Below, in pieces: positions 36,391 through 44,323 of a DNA stretch of 64,000 nucleotides; positions within the stretch are counted from its first letter, which is position 1; the number at the start of each line of letters is the position of its first letter. Origin of the DNA: Ilumatobacteraceae bacterium. GTDB taxonomy: Bacteria > Actinomycetota > Acidimicrobiia > Acidimicrobiales > Ilumatobacteraceae. The DNA lies in NCBI GenBank assembly GCA_039931555.1, contig JBDTRP010000116.1, forward strand, positions 45,128 through 109,127, read 5' to 3'. The translations under genes were made by a program, and so were the position numbers. Below the pieces are notes generated by a model. That model saw only the letters and a list, made by a program, of their open reading frames with translations, was not told where the DNA came from and searched no databases.

Positions 36391-38028
36391 TCACACGAAC
36401 GACAATGACACGGAGTCGCCGATCGCCACAGCATCGGCCGCCTGGCGGGCGTGATAGCTGCTGCGCGTCAACGGGCTGGCCTCGACATGACCGATGCCGA
36501 GCGACTCGCCGATCCGCTTCCACTCCACGAACTCGGCTGGCTCGACCCATCGCGCCACGGGGAGATGGTGCGTCGTCGGGCGTAGGTACTGGCCGATCGT
36601 GACGATGTCGACACCGACGCCGGCCAAGTCGACCAAGCAACCCACGATCTCCTCGTGCGTCTCTCCCATCCCGACGATCAATCCCGACTTCGTCGCCAGC
36701 CCCGCTGCCTTGGCCCGCGACAGGACCGACAGGCTGCGTGCGTACCCCGCAGAGGGCCGCACCGCTCGCTGGAGGCGGGCGACGGTCTCGATGTTGTGGT
36801 TCAGCACATCGGGTCGCACGGCGAACAGCAAGGCGAGCGAATCGGCGTCGCCCTTCGCGTCGGAGATCAACGTCTCGATCCGTGTATCCGGGCAGCGCAG
36901 GCGGATGGCGTCGACGCACCGGGCAACATGGGCCAGGCCACCGTCGGGTAGATCGTCACGCGCCACCATCGTCAGCACCGCGTGAGCCAGGCCCATGGTG
37001 GCCACTGCGTCGGCGACCCGAGCGGGCTCGTCGTCGGCGGGTGGCAGTGGCTTGCTGGTGTCGACGAGGCAGAAGCCGCACGCCCTCGTGCACCGTTCGC
37101 CGAGGACCAGAAACGTCGCGGTGCCATCGGCCCAGCAATCGCTGAGGTTGGGGCAGCCCGCTTCTTCGCACACGGTCACCAGACCGAGATTGCGCACGGT
37201 CTTCTTGAGCGCGATCACCTCGGGCCCATGCACCACCTTGGGCCGTAGCCATTCAGGCTTGCGAGTTGCGATCTCCAGGCCATCGGCGACGCCGACCTGC
37301 GCCAACCGCCTGACGACGGCGCCGGGGCCGTCGCCTCGGGAGAACGCCGACAGGTCGTCGGGCCGATGCTTCCAAGCGACGTCCTGCCGCTCCATCGACC
37401 CGCGACCCCACACGTCGGCGGCGTGGCGGGCCACGACCTCGGCCACCACCTCGAGCGTGGTCTCGACGCCCTCTTCGGCCAGCGAGGTGACCGGCTTGTC
37501 GGGAATGCCGCAGGGCACGATGTAGTCGCGCATGTACCGCATGTCGGGCGACACGTTGAGCGCGAAGCCGTGCATCGTGCGACCATGCGCCAGCCGCACG
37601 CCGATGGCACAGATCTTGCGCGGATTCGGCCCGCTGACCCCTACCCACACGCCTGGATACTCGTCGAAGCAACCGACATCGTCGACGCCGAGCTCGGTGA
37701 GGCTGGCGACGATCACCCGTTGAATCGCACACACGTGATCGGCGGCGCCCATGGTGTTCGCCACGTTGACGATCGGGTAGCCGACCAGCTGCCCCGGGCC
37801 GTGATACGTCACATCGCCGCCGCGCTTCACCGAGACCAGTTCAGCGCCGACCGATGCCGGCTCGACCAACACGTTGACGGCGAGGTCGGCCCGCGGCCCG
37901 TGAGTGAACACGTGTGGATGTTCGAGCAGCAGCAGGTGATCGCCAACGCCGTACTGGAGCAGCGCCTGCTGCACCGCGAGCGCCTCGCGGTAGGGAACCC
38001 TGCCGAGCCAGCGAACCCGCAGTGTCAT
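36391..38028 (-). CDS. lipB/lipA: Fused octanoyltransferase LipB / lipoyl synthase LipA (single 545-aa reading frame)
   Basis: The N-terminal half has LipB motifs (KRGGDVTYHGPGQLVGYP, KICAIGVR, VPCGI). The C-terminal half has LipA motifs (CEEAGCPNLSDCW and the radical SAM CTRACGFC). There is no stop between them in the ORF track frame. ATG 38028 lies 1 nt after the E2 stop. Confidence 0.85.
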   Translation of the reverse strand: MTLRVRWLGRVPYREALAVQQALLQYGVGDHLLLLEHPHVFTHGPRADLAVNVLVEPASVGAELVSVKRGGDVTYHGPGQLVGYPIVNVANTMGAADHVCAIQRVIVASLTELGVDDVGCFDEYPGVWVGVSGPNPRKICAIGVRLAHGRTMHGFALNVSPDMRYMRDYIVPCGIPDKPVTSLAEEGVETTLEVVAEVVARHAADVWGRGSMERQDVAWKHRPDDLSAFSRGDGPGAVVRRLAQVGVADGLEIATRKPEWLRPKVVHGPEVIALKKTVRNLGLVTVCEEAGCPNLSDCWADGTATFLVLGERCTRACGFCLVDTSKPLPPADDEPARVADAVATMGLAHAVLTMVARDDLPDGGLAHVARCVDAIRLRCPDTRIETLISDAKGDADSLALLFAVRPDVLNHNIETVARLQRAVRPSAGYARSLSVLSRAKAAGLATKSGLIVGMGETHEEIVGCLVDLAGVGVDIVTIGQYLRPTTHHLPVARWVEPAEFVEWKRIGESLGIGHVEASPLTRSSYHARQAADAVAIGDSVSLSFV

Positions 38029-38029
38029 G

Positions 38030-39565
38030 TCACAGCTCGGCGGACCAGTCGCGTGTCTCGAGCGCCTGCTTGATCTTGACCAGGAAGCCGGCGGCATACG
38101 CGCCGTCGAATGCCCGGTGGTCCCAGGCCATCGCCAGGTTGCCGACGGGGTGGATGGCGATGCCCTCGCCGCCGTCGGCAGCGCGCACGACCACCGGCTT
38201 GCGGGTGATCGCATCGGTCGACAGGATCGCCACCTGCGGCTGGTTGATGATCGGCATGGTCAACACGCTGCCGGCCGAGCCGTTGTTGGAGATGGTGAAC
38301 GTGCCACCGCTGATCTCATCTGGGCTGAGGTGGCGACTGCGCGCCCGCCCTGCGAGGTCGTTGATCTCGCGAGCGATCGCCCGGAGACGCTTCGTCTCGG
38401 CCGCCCTGACCACGGGAACCAGCAGTCCCTGGTAATCGAGGTCGACCGCAATGCCGATGTCAACGAAGTTGTGCACGACGAGATCGTCGTCGGAGACACT
38501 GGCGTTGAGATGCGGGAACTCCTCGAGTGCCTCGACCACGGCGCGGGTGATGAACGGGAGGTACGTGAGCCCGAAGCCCTCGCTCGACTTCCATTCATCC
38601 TTGACCTGATTGCGGGTGATGTCGACGTTGGCGAAGTCGACCTCGACCACGCTGAAGGCATGCGGGCTGACGCCCTTGCTCATCACCATGTGGCTGCCGG
38701 TGAGCTTGCGGATCTTCGACAGCCTGACCGTCGAGTCGCGCTCTCCAGGCGTGACGCTGGGCGCGGGTGCGGCGGCCACCGGAGCGGCAGGTGCCGCAAG
38801 TGCCGCAGCCGGTGCCACAGGTGCTGCGGCGGGAGCTGGAGGTGCTGCGGCTGGTGCCGCGTCGGGTGCCTGCGTGGCAACCCGGTCGATGTGGTCCAAC
38901 ACATCGTCACGCGTGATCCGCCCGCCGGGGCCGGTGCCCTTGACCAGGTCGACATCGATGTTGTGCTCGGCGACGAGTCGACGCACGACCGGCGACAGCA
39001 GACGATTGTCGGAGGGCTCGTCGGCGGCCTCCGCTGCGGCGGGTTCGGGCGCTACAGGCGCGGGTGCTACGGCGGCCGGCTGCGGCGCGGGCGGCACCGC
39101 TGGTTCGCCAGCAGGTGGGCCCGCGGCTTCGGGTGCGGGGGTCTTCGGCGGTAGCGCAGGCGCGGCCGGTGACTCGGCGGCCGGTGCCTCGGCGGCCGGT
39201 GACTCCGCTGCCGGTGCCTCCGCTGCCGGTGCCTCGGCGGCCGGTGCCTCCGCTGCCGGTGCCTCGGCGGCCGGTGCCTCCGCTGCGGGTTCCGCCTCGG
39301 GCGGTGCCGCCGCAGGTGCAGCAGCGCCGGCGGCCTCGCCGACCACGGCGATCACGGCGCCGACCGGCACGGTGTCGCCCTCCTGCACGCGGATCTCGGT
39401 GACCGTGCCGGTGATCGGCGACGGTACCTCCGTGTCGACCTTGTCGGTGCTGACTTCGAACAACGGCTCGTCGGCCGACACGCTGTCGCCGACCTTCTTG
39501 AACCATCGGGTGATCGTGCCTTCGGTGACGGTCTCACCGAGTTGCGGCAACGTGACATCGGCCAT
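38030..39565 (-). CDS. 2-oxo acid dehydrogenase E2 component (dihydrolipoyllysine-residue acyltransferase, SucB/DlaT type)
   Basis: It has one lipoyl domain (...LFEVSTDKVDTEVPSP...), an Ala/Pro/Glu linker, a PSBD (LSPVVRRLVAEHNIDVDLVKGTGPGGRITRDDV) and a catalytic domain (...AWDHRAFDGAYAAGFL). Confidence 0.95.
   Translation of the reverse strand: MADVTLPQLGETVTEGTITRWFKKVGDSVSADEPLFEVSTDKVDTEVPSPITGTVTEIRVQEGDTVPVGAVIAVVGEAAGAAAPAAAPPEAEPAAEAPAAEAPAAEAPAAEAPAAEAPAAESPAAEAPAAESPAAPALPPKTPAPEAAGPPAGEPAVPPAPQPAAVAPAPVAPEPAAAEAADEPSDNRLLSPVVRRLVAEHNIDVDLVKGTGPGGRITRDDVLDHIDRVATQAPDAAPAAAPPAPAAAPVAPAAALAAPAAPVAAAPAPSVTPGERDSTVRLSKIRKLTGSHMVMSKGVSPHAFSVVEVDFANVDITRNQVKDEWKSSEGFGLTYLPFITRAVVEALEEFPHLNASVSDDDLVVHNFVDIGIAVDLDYQGLLVPVVRAAETKRLRAIAREINDLAGRARSRHLSPDEISGGTFTISNNGSAGSVLTMPIINQPQVAILSTDAITRKPVVVRAADGGEGIAIHPVGNLAMAWDHRAFDGAYAAGFLVKIKQALETRDWSAEL
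39164..39293. repeat. Tandem 15-nt coding repeat (about 8-9 copies; encodes the (A-P-A-A-E)n linker of E2)
   Basis: GCCGGTGCCTCGGCG / GCCGGTGCCTCCGCT alternate on the plus strand. The protein reads AEAPAAEAPAAEAPAAE.... Confidence 0.85.
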
Positions 39566-39591
39566 TTGTGTGGTCTCTCTCTTCGATTGGA

Positions 39592-41010
39592 TCAGGCGTT
39601 CAGGCTGCGGCCCGTGAGCGACAATACGGTTTCGCCGAACAACTCCGTCAGGCTCGGGTGCGGCTGGATGAACTCGGCGACCTCGGCGGCGGTGGCTTCC
39701 CAGTTGACGGCAAGGTACCCACCGCTGAGTTGTTCGGTGACCCAGGGCCCCACCATGTGCACTCCGAGGATCTGGCCGGCGGTTCCGTCGGCCTGCTTCT
39801 TGGCGATGATCTTGACCAGCCCGTCGAGCTCACCCAGGATCTGGGCACGGCTGTTGGCGCGGAACTGGTGCTTGGCCACGACGACATCGAAACCGGCCTC
39901 GCGTGCGGCCTCCTCGCTCGGCCCGGCAAAGGCGACCTCGGGATGGCAGTAGATGGCCCACGGCACACGGTCGTACGCCACCGGATTGGGGTGCTCGCCG
40001 AGGATGTCCTTGGTGACGAGGATTGCCTCCGCATATCCGACGTGCGCCAACTGCGGCGTGTTGATGATGTCGCCGATCGCGTACACCCCGGGCTCACCGG
40101 TACGGCAGTACTCGTCGACCTCGATGAACCCACGATCGCTGACCTTCACAGCCGTACCGGTGAGACCGAGCTTGTCGGCGAACGGCCGGCGACCGACGCT
40201 GACCACAACGACGTCGACTTCGAGGTTCTCGACTTCTCCCCCATCCCCAGTAGCACAGTGCACCGTGGTACCACCGCTGGCAGTCGGTGTGTGACCCAGC
40301 ACCTTGACGCCGGTACGGATGTCGATGCTCTTCTTCTTGAAGCTGCGCACAACGACGTTGGCCACATCGCTGTCGAGCCCGGGAAGGATCTTCGGCAGCC
40401 CCTCGAGGATGGTCACCTGCGACCCGAGATCGGCGAACGTGCTGGCGAACTCGCAACCGATCGCGCCACCACCGATCACTGCAACGCGGTTCGGCACGTA
40501 GTCGAGCATCAATACTTCGTCACTGGTCATCACCGGGCCCGACGGCTCGAAGCCGGGGATGGTGCGAGGCACCGAACCGGCGGCCAGCACCACGCTGCTG
40601 CCGCGAATCGTCGAGACGCCCTCGGGGCCTGTCACGGTGACCGTGCGGTCGGCGCCGAGCGTGCCGATGCCGTCGAGGATCGTGATCTTCTTCGACTTCA
40701 TGAAGCCCGTCAGGCTCTTGACGATGCCATCGACGATCTTCTGCTTTCGCGCCTGCGCCGTGACGAAATTCACGACAGGCGCACTCGACTCGATGCCGAA
40801 CTCCGCAGCGTGAGCCACGTGACGTTGCACCGCGGCCGTCTCCAGAAATGCCTTCGCCGGGATGCAACCTCGGTTGAGGCACGTGCCTCCGATGTCGGCC
40901 ATCTCGACGAGGGCGACGTTGAGGCCGGCGGAGGTCGCATACAGCGCTGCGCCGTATCCGCCGGGTCCACCGCCGATCACGACGAGATCGAATTCGGTTG
41001 CGGGCTCCAT
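39592..41010 (-). CDS. lpd: Dihydrolipoyl dehydrogenase (E3)
   Basis: The inner ATG 41010 gives MEPATEFDLVVIGGGPGGYGAALYA (FAD GxGxxG). The redox-active disulfide GGTCLNRGCIPAK and the C-terminal HPSLTE motif are also present. Confidence 0.95.
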   Translation of the reverse strand: MEPATEFDLVVIGGGPGGYGAALYATSAGLNVALVEMADIGGTCLNRGCIPAKAFLETAAVQRHVAHAAEFGIESSAPVVNFVTAQARKQKIVDGIVKSLTGFMKSKKITILDGIGTLGADRTVTVTGPEGVSTIRGSSVVLAAGSVPRTIPGFEPSGPVMTSDEVLMLDYVPNRVAVIGGGAIGCEFASTFADLGSQVTILEGLPKILPGLDSDVANVVVRSFKKKSIDIRTGVKVLGHTPTASGGTTVHCATGDGGEVENLEVDVVVVSVGRRPFADKLGLTGTAVKVSDRGFIEVDEYCRTGEPGVYAIGDIINTPQLAHVGYAEAILVTKDILGEHPNPVAYDRVPWAIYCHPEVAFAGPSEEAAREAGFDVVVAKHQFRANSRAQILGELDGLVKIIAKKQADGTAGQILGVHMVGPWVTEQLSGGYLAVNWEATAAEVAEFIQPHPSLTELFGETVLSLTGRSLNA

Positions 41011-41066
41011 GTTGGCTCCGTGACGGTCGGTGAGTCCTGCCTGGACGTTGAGATCAAATTCCGGGT

Positions 41067-41501
41067 TTACGGTAGCGCCTCGCCGACCTGAGCGAGCACC
41101 CACCGCAGCTGCACGTCGGCGCGGTGGAAGATGAGCTGTCGAGAGGCTCCCGGCATGCCTGTCGTGTCGAACGTCAACGAGCAGTCGGTCTGGGCGACAG
41201 CAATTCCCGCACATGTCGACGAGCCCACGGCGACGACCTTTCCCGGGGCGACCAGCGTGAAGCCGCCGAGGCCGTCGGGGTCGTCAACACCGCCGACGCG
41301 CACGACCGCGATCAGGTGCGAGCCACTGGCCGACGACGACACCAACTCGACGGTCGCGTCGCCCGCCTTGCCGGGCTCGCCTGCGTCGAGCAGCTTCGCC
41401 GTCTGCTCCTGGCCGCCGACCCGAAGCAGCTGAATGCCACCCGCCAGCAAGATGACGAGGCCGCATGCGATGGCAAGCAACAACAGGGTCCTGGTGCGCA
41501 T
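41067..41501 (-). CDS. Membrane-anchored hypothetical protein
   Basis: ORF 41067..41501 with an N-terminal TM/signal segment, MRTRTLLLLAIACGLVILLAGG. Confidence 0.5.
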   Translation of the reverse strand: MRTRTLLLLAIACGLVILLAGGIQLLRVGGQEQTAKLLDAGEPGKAGDATVELVSSSASGSHLIAVVRVGGVDDPDGLGGFTLVAPGKVVAVGSSTCAGIAVAQTDCSLTFDTTGMPGASRQLIFHRADVQLRWVLAQVGEALP

Positions 41502-41515
41502 GGACTTGCCAGGCT

Positions 41516-42097
41516 ATGACCCGTAGCGATCGCATCGTGCGCCGACTGTTGCTCTGTCTCGTCGGCGTTGCCCTGTTGGCCGCATGCGGCGACAACGCCG
41601 CGTACTCCAGCGAGGGGACAACACCGGCGGTCGGCGCCGCGGTGGGTGCCCCGAGCACGACGCCGGTCGCGTCCAATCGAACCGCAGTACCCGAATCGCT
41701 GGCTTTCTCGGCGCCTCGAGTCGGCGGTGGCACGATCAACCTGGCCGACTTCGCCGGCAAGCCGGTGTTGCTGTGGTTCTGGGCGCCGACTTGAACGACT
41801 TGCAACCATGAAGCCCCTTCGGTCGAAGCGGCGAGCCAGAGGTGGGCAGGGAAGGTGCAGTTCGTCGGCGTTGCGTGGTACGGCGACGATTCGTCGTTCC
41901 AGGGTTTCGTCGACAAGTACCGCTTGACCTTCCCCCAGATCAGCGATGATCCGGGTGACGTGTTCAGTCGCTTCGATGTGCCCTCTCAACCGGCCATGGC
42001 CATCATCGACGGCACCGGAACGGTGAAGGTCTCGTTGGGTGCGGTCGAGGAGTCAACGCTCGATGCCGCACTCACGGCAGCGGTCGCCGCCGGTTAG
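41516..42097 (+). CDS. DsbE/TlpA-like thioredoxin-fold lipoprotein with an in-frame TGA at the first CxxC position (candidate selenocysteine UxxC protein, or alternatively a nonsense pseudogene)
   Basis: ORFs 41465..41794 and 41855..42097 are in the same frame ((41855-41516)/3 is an integer). The read-through translation is ...GKPVLLWFWAPT-[TGA 41792-41794]-TTCNHEAPSVEAASQRWAGKVQFVGVAWYGDDSSFQGFVDKYRLTFPQISDD...FDVPSQPAMAIID. Redoxin-family blocks lie on both sides of the TGA. The N-terminus MTRSDRIVRRLLLCLVGVALLAACG carries a lipobox. GC3 bias continues after the TGA. Confidence 0.6.
41813..41832 (+). promoter_or_regulatory. SECIS-like hairpin downstream of the in-frame TGA
   Basis: GCCCCUUC-GGUC-GAAGCGGC gives 7 bp plus one C/C mismatch and a GGUC tetraloop whose first G is 29 nt from the U of UGA. 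This fits what I remember of bacterial SECIS rules (a G-containing apical loop roughly 16-37 nt from the UGA). Confidence 0.35.
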
Positions 42098-42178
42098 AGG
42101 CACCTCCGGCGTGACGTATGCAGCAACGATGCGCCGTTCGGCGCGCGCCATCCCGCGTGCCCGCACCTCCGCGGGCTG

Positions 42179-42277
42179 GGTCGGGCGCGATTTCGGTATT
42201 CCCGGTACTCACACCTCACCCAACCAGGCTCAACGGGTTCGACTCCGGTATTGGGAGTACCGGAATCGCGCCCGACC
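42179..42277. repeat. Long imperfect inverted repeat (25-bp arms, 49-nt loop) between convergent genes
   Basis: GGTCGGGCGCGATTTCGGTATTCCC (42179-42203) pairs with GGGAGTACCGGAATCGCGCCCGACC (42253-42277). That is 23 Watson-Crick pairs plus 2 G-T positions. Confidence 0.85.
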
Positions 42278-42392
42278 ACGCCGCTGGCGAGCGTGGGTGA
42301 ACTACGCTCCGAGCCGGCGATCTGGGTTCGTCGTGTGTCCCCTCAGCACTGGTCGCAGATGCAAAGGTTGGCTCGTGCGGCGCTTCTCTCGC

Positions 42393-44219
42393 TCAGCTGG
42401 TCGCGCACTCGAAGACGCGCTCGGTGTAGTCCGCATCAGCCACGTTGTACCAGTTCTTGCCCTCGAGGCAATCGGGATGTGACAGCTCGTACGGCAGTTC
42501 GAACTCGAAGATGGTGCCGTCGTCGACGTACTTCTGGAAGCACGGCGCAGCAGCGGTGCCGAAGGCGATGAAGTCTTCGTCACTCATGCTGTACACCGCA
42601 CCCGACCAGTACTGCTCGCCGACACCACACTCCGGGAACCGGTAGTACGGCGCCACGAACGTCGGGTCGATCGAACCGTCGCCCAATCCGGCCGACACGC
42701 ACGCCGAGTATCCGGCGTAGTCGGTCTGGTCGAAGCAGGCGTCGAACGCACTGCTGTCGGTGCCGTTGGGATCATCGGAGATGCCGGTGGTGTCGCCGCC
42801 CAGACCGAAGATCCCCGACGTCGAGAACGACTCGGACACCTTCTTGACACCGTCGATGATGTCGGTCAGTTCGCCCTTGTCGAGGGCCGACAGCAAGCTC
42901 ACGTAGACGTCGAAATAGGTACCGATCGGGCTGACATACCACGCGCCACCGACCTTCTGCACGGTGATGCCCACCGGCTTCATATCGGAAAACGCATCCT
43001 CGATCGTCTTGATCAACGACTTCACATCGCCGGTCTCGTCGAGCCCCAACACGCCGAGCGCGTCGTCGATCGACCCGGCGACCTGGCACGAGTCTGCGGT
43101 GGTGTCACCGGAGGTGAACACGACGCAGCCGTCCTTGTTCTCGACGGTCACGTCGGTGCCGTTGGCGGAGGCCTTCAGGTTGAACCCGTCGATCGCGACC
43201 GTACGCCGGTCTCCGCTGCCGCTCACCGTGTACTTGATGTCGGAGAACGCGATCTTGGCGTCGAGGTCGTCGATGCCACCTTGGGCGCCGTCGATGAACA
43301 TCGGCGCGTAACGCTGCAGTGCCTCGGCCTCGTTGGGGTTGAGCGCGGCGATCAGCGATTCCACATCGAGGTCGTCGACCGCGTCGAAGATCGCCTGCAC
43401 GGCCCCCTCGGGCGTGTCGGCCCCGCGGGCAACGACTGGAGTCTCGGGGATGTCGTGGCCACCCTGGCGGGCGTTCTCGGCGATGGAATAGAACGCGCTG
43501 AGGTACCACCGTCCGTCGCGCTTCACGGTCGCCAACTTCCAGTCGATCGCGCTGTCCTGCGGGTCGGAGCCGAGCTCTGGGCGATCGCTCCCGAACGCCT
43601 CGTCGATCAACAAGTTGCCGATCGGCACCGCAGCGCCGTCGACCGAGGCAGTCCCAGTCGCAGTGATGCGGATGTCGGAGATCTCGGCGACGTTGGTGTC
43701 GGTCGGATCGACATGAACGTCGCCGAAGTTGATGTCGAGCCCGCCGACCTTCTGCAGCGTTGCAGTGTCGTCGACGATCTCCAGGCGCTTGAGGTTGTCG
43801 ACGATGTCGATCAACGGCTGGCGCATCATGTCGCGTTCGCCGGGCAACAACAGGTCGACGACACCCAGTGCGTCCTCCGCAGCCAAGGCGTCCATCAACC
43901 GGGTGCCGACCTCGGTAGGGCTCGCCGCACCACCGTCGTTGCCGGCAACGATCTTGCTGACAGCGAAGCCACCGGCGCCGAGGAGCGCGACCACGGCGAC
44001 CAGTCCGCCGACAACCTTGCCTCGGCTGCGCTTCCCGACGGCGCCGGCGGGCACGACGGTCGCGGTCGGCTCGCCCTCATGCGCGGCGAATGGGGGCGCA
44101 GCCTGAAGCGGCATCAGCGGCGGCCCGATCGGCATCGGCGGCGGCAACGTCGGGCCGCTCGGCGGCGCGATTTGCGGCGTGGGTGGTTCGAACGCTTTGC
44201 CGTCCTCGTTGGTGTCCAC
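42393..44219 (-). CDS. Membrane-anchored extracytoplasmic hypothetical protein (Pro-rich N-terminus, Cys-rich C-terminus)
   Basis: ORF 42393..44267. GTG 44219 is preceded by AAGGGA. It has one TM segment (VVGGLVAVVALLGAGGFAV), and 8 Cys lie in the last approximately 130 residues. Confidence 0.7.
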   Translation of the reverse strand: MDTNEDGKAFEPPTPQIAPPSGPTLPPPMPIGPPLMPLQAAPPFAAHEGEPTATVVPAGAVGKRSRGKVVGGLVAVVALLGAGGFAVSKIVAGNDGGAASPTEVGTRLMDALAAEDALGVVDLLLPGERDMMRQPLIDIVDNLKRLEIVDDTATLQKVGGLDINFGDVHVDPTDTNVAEISDIRITATGTASVDGAAVPIGNLLIDEAFGSDRPELGSDPQDSAIDWKLATVKRDGRWYLSAFYSIAENARQGGHDIPETPVVARGADTPEGAVQAIFDAVDDLDVESLIAALNPNEAEALQRYAPMFIDGAQGGIDDLDAKIAFSDIKYTVSGSGDRRTVAIDGFNLKASANGTDVTVENKDGCVVFTSGDTTADSCQVAGSIDDALGVLGLDETGDVKSLIKTIEDAFSDMKPVGITVQKVGGAWYVSPIGTYFDVYVSLLSALDKGELTDIIDGVKKVSESFSTSGIFGLGGDTTGISDDPNGTDSSAFDACFDQTDYAGYSACVSAGLGDGSIDPTFVAPYYRFPECGVGEQYWSGAVYSMSDEDFIAFGTAAAPCFQKYVDDGTIFEFELPYELSHPDCLEGKNWYNVADADYTERVFECATS

Positions 44220-44323
44220 GGAAGGTCCCTTTCGCCGCAATCTGGTCTCTAACGGTATCGGCTGCAAGCGGGGCGACCTGAGTACTTGTCACCGAGCTGA
44301 TCCGGGCGACCTACCCTGTGCAC

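Noticed and set aside
36391-38214. Full 607-aa ORF as the lipB-lipA product
   Set aside because: The first 62 codons overlap the 3' end of the E2 gene and read as Arg/Ser/Pro-rich noise. The LipB homology starts at MTLRVRWLG (ATG 38028), 1 nt after the E2 stop.
41465-42097. Treating 41465..41794 and 41855..42097 as two independent small genes
   Set aside because: They are in the same frame. Redoxin-family similarity runs continuously across the TGA, including the 60 nt between the ORFs, and the second ORF lacks its own signal peptide and active site. The region is either one recoded gene or one nonsense pseudogene.
42235-42246. tRNA T-arm-like GGGTTCGACTCC, raising the idea of a tRNA-Sec (selC) or tRNA remnant next to the TGA-containing gene
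   Set aside because: The flanks do not form a T-stem without a mismatch. There is no complementary acceptor stem (the 5' partner CTCCCAAT is absent). There is also no anticodon arm with UCA in a proper 7-nt loop. The motif simply lies in the loop of the long inverted repeat.
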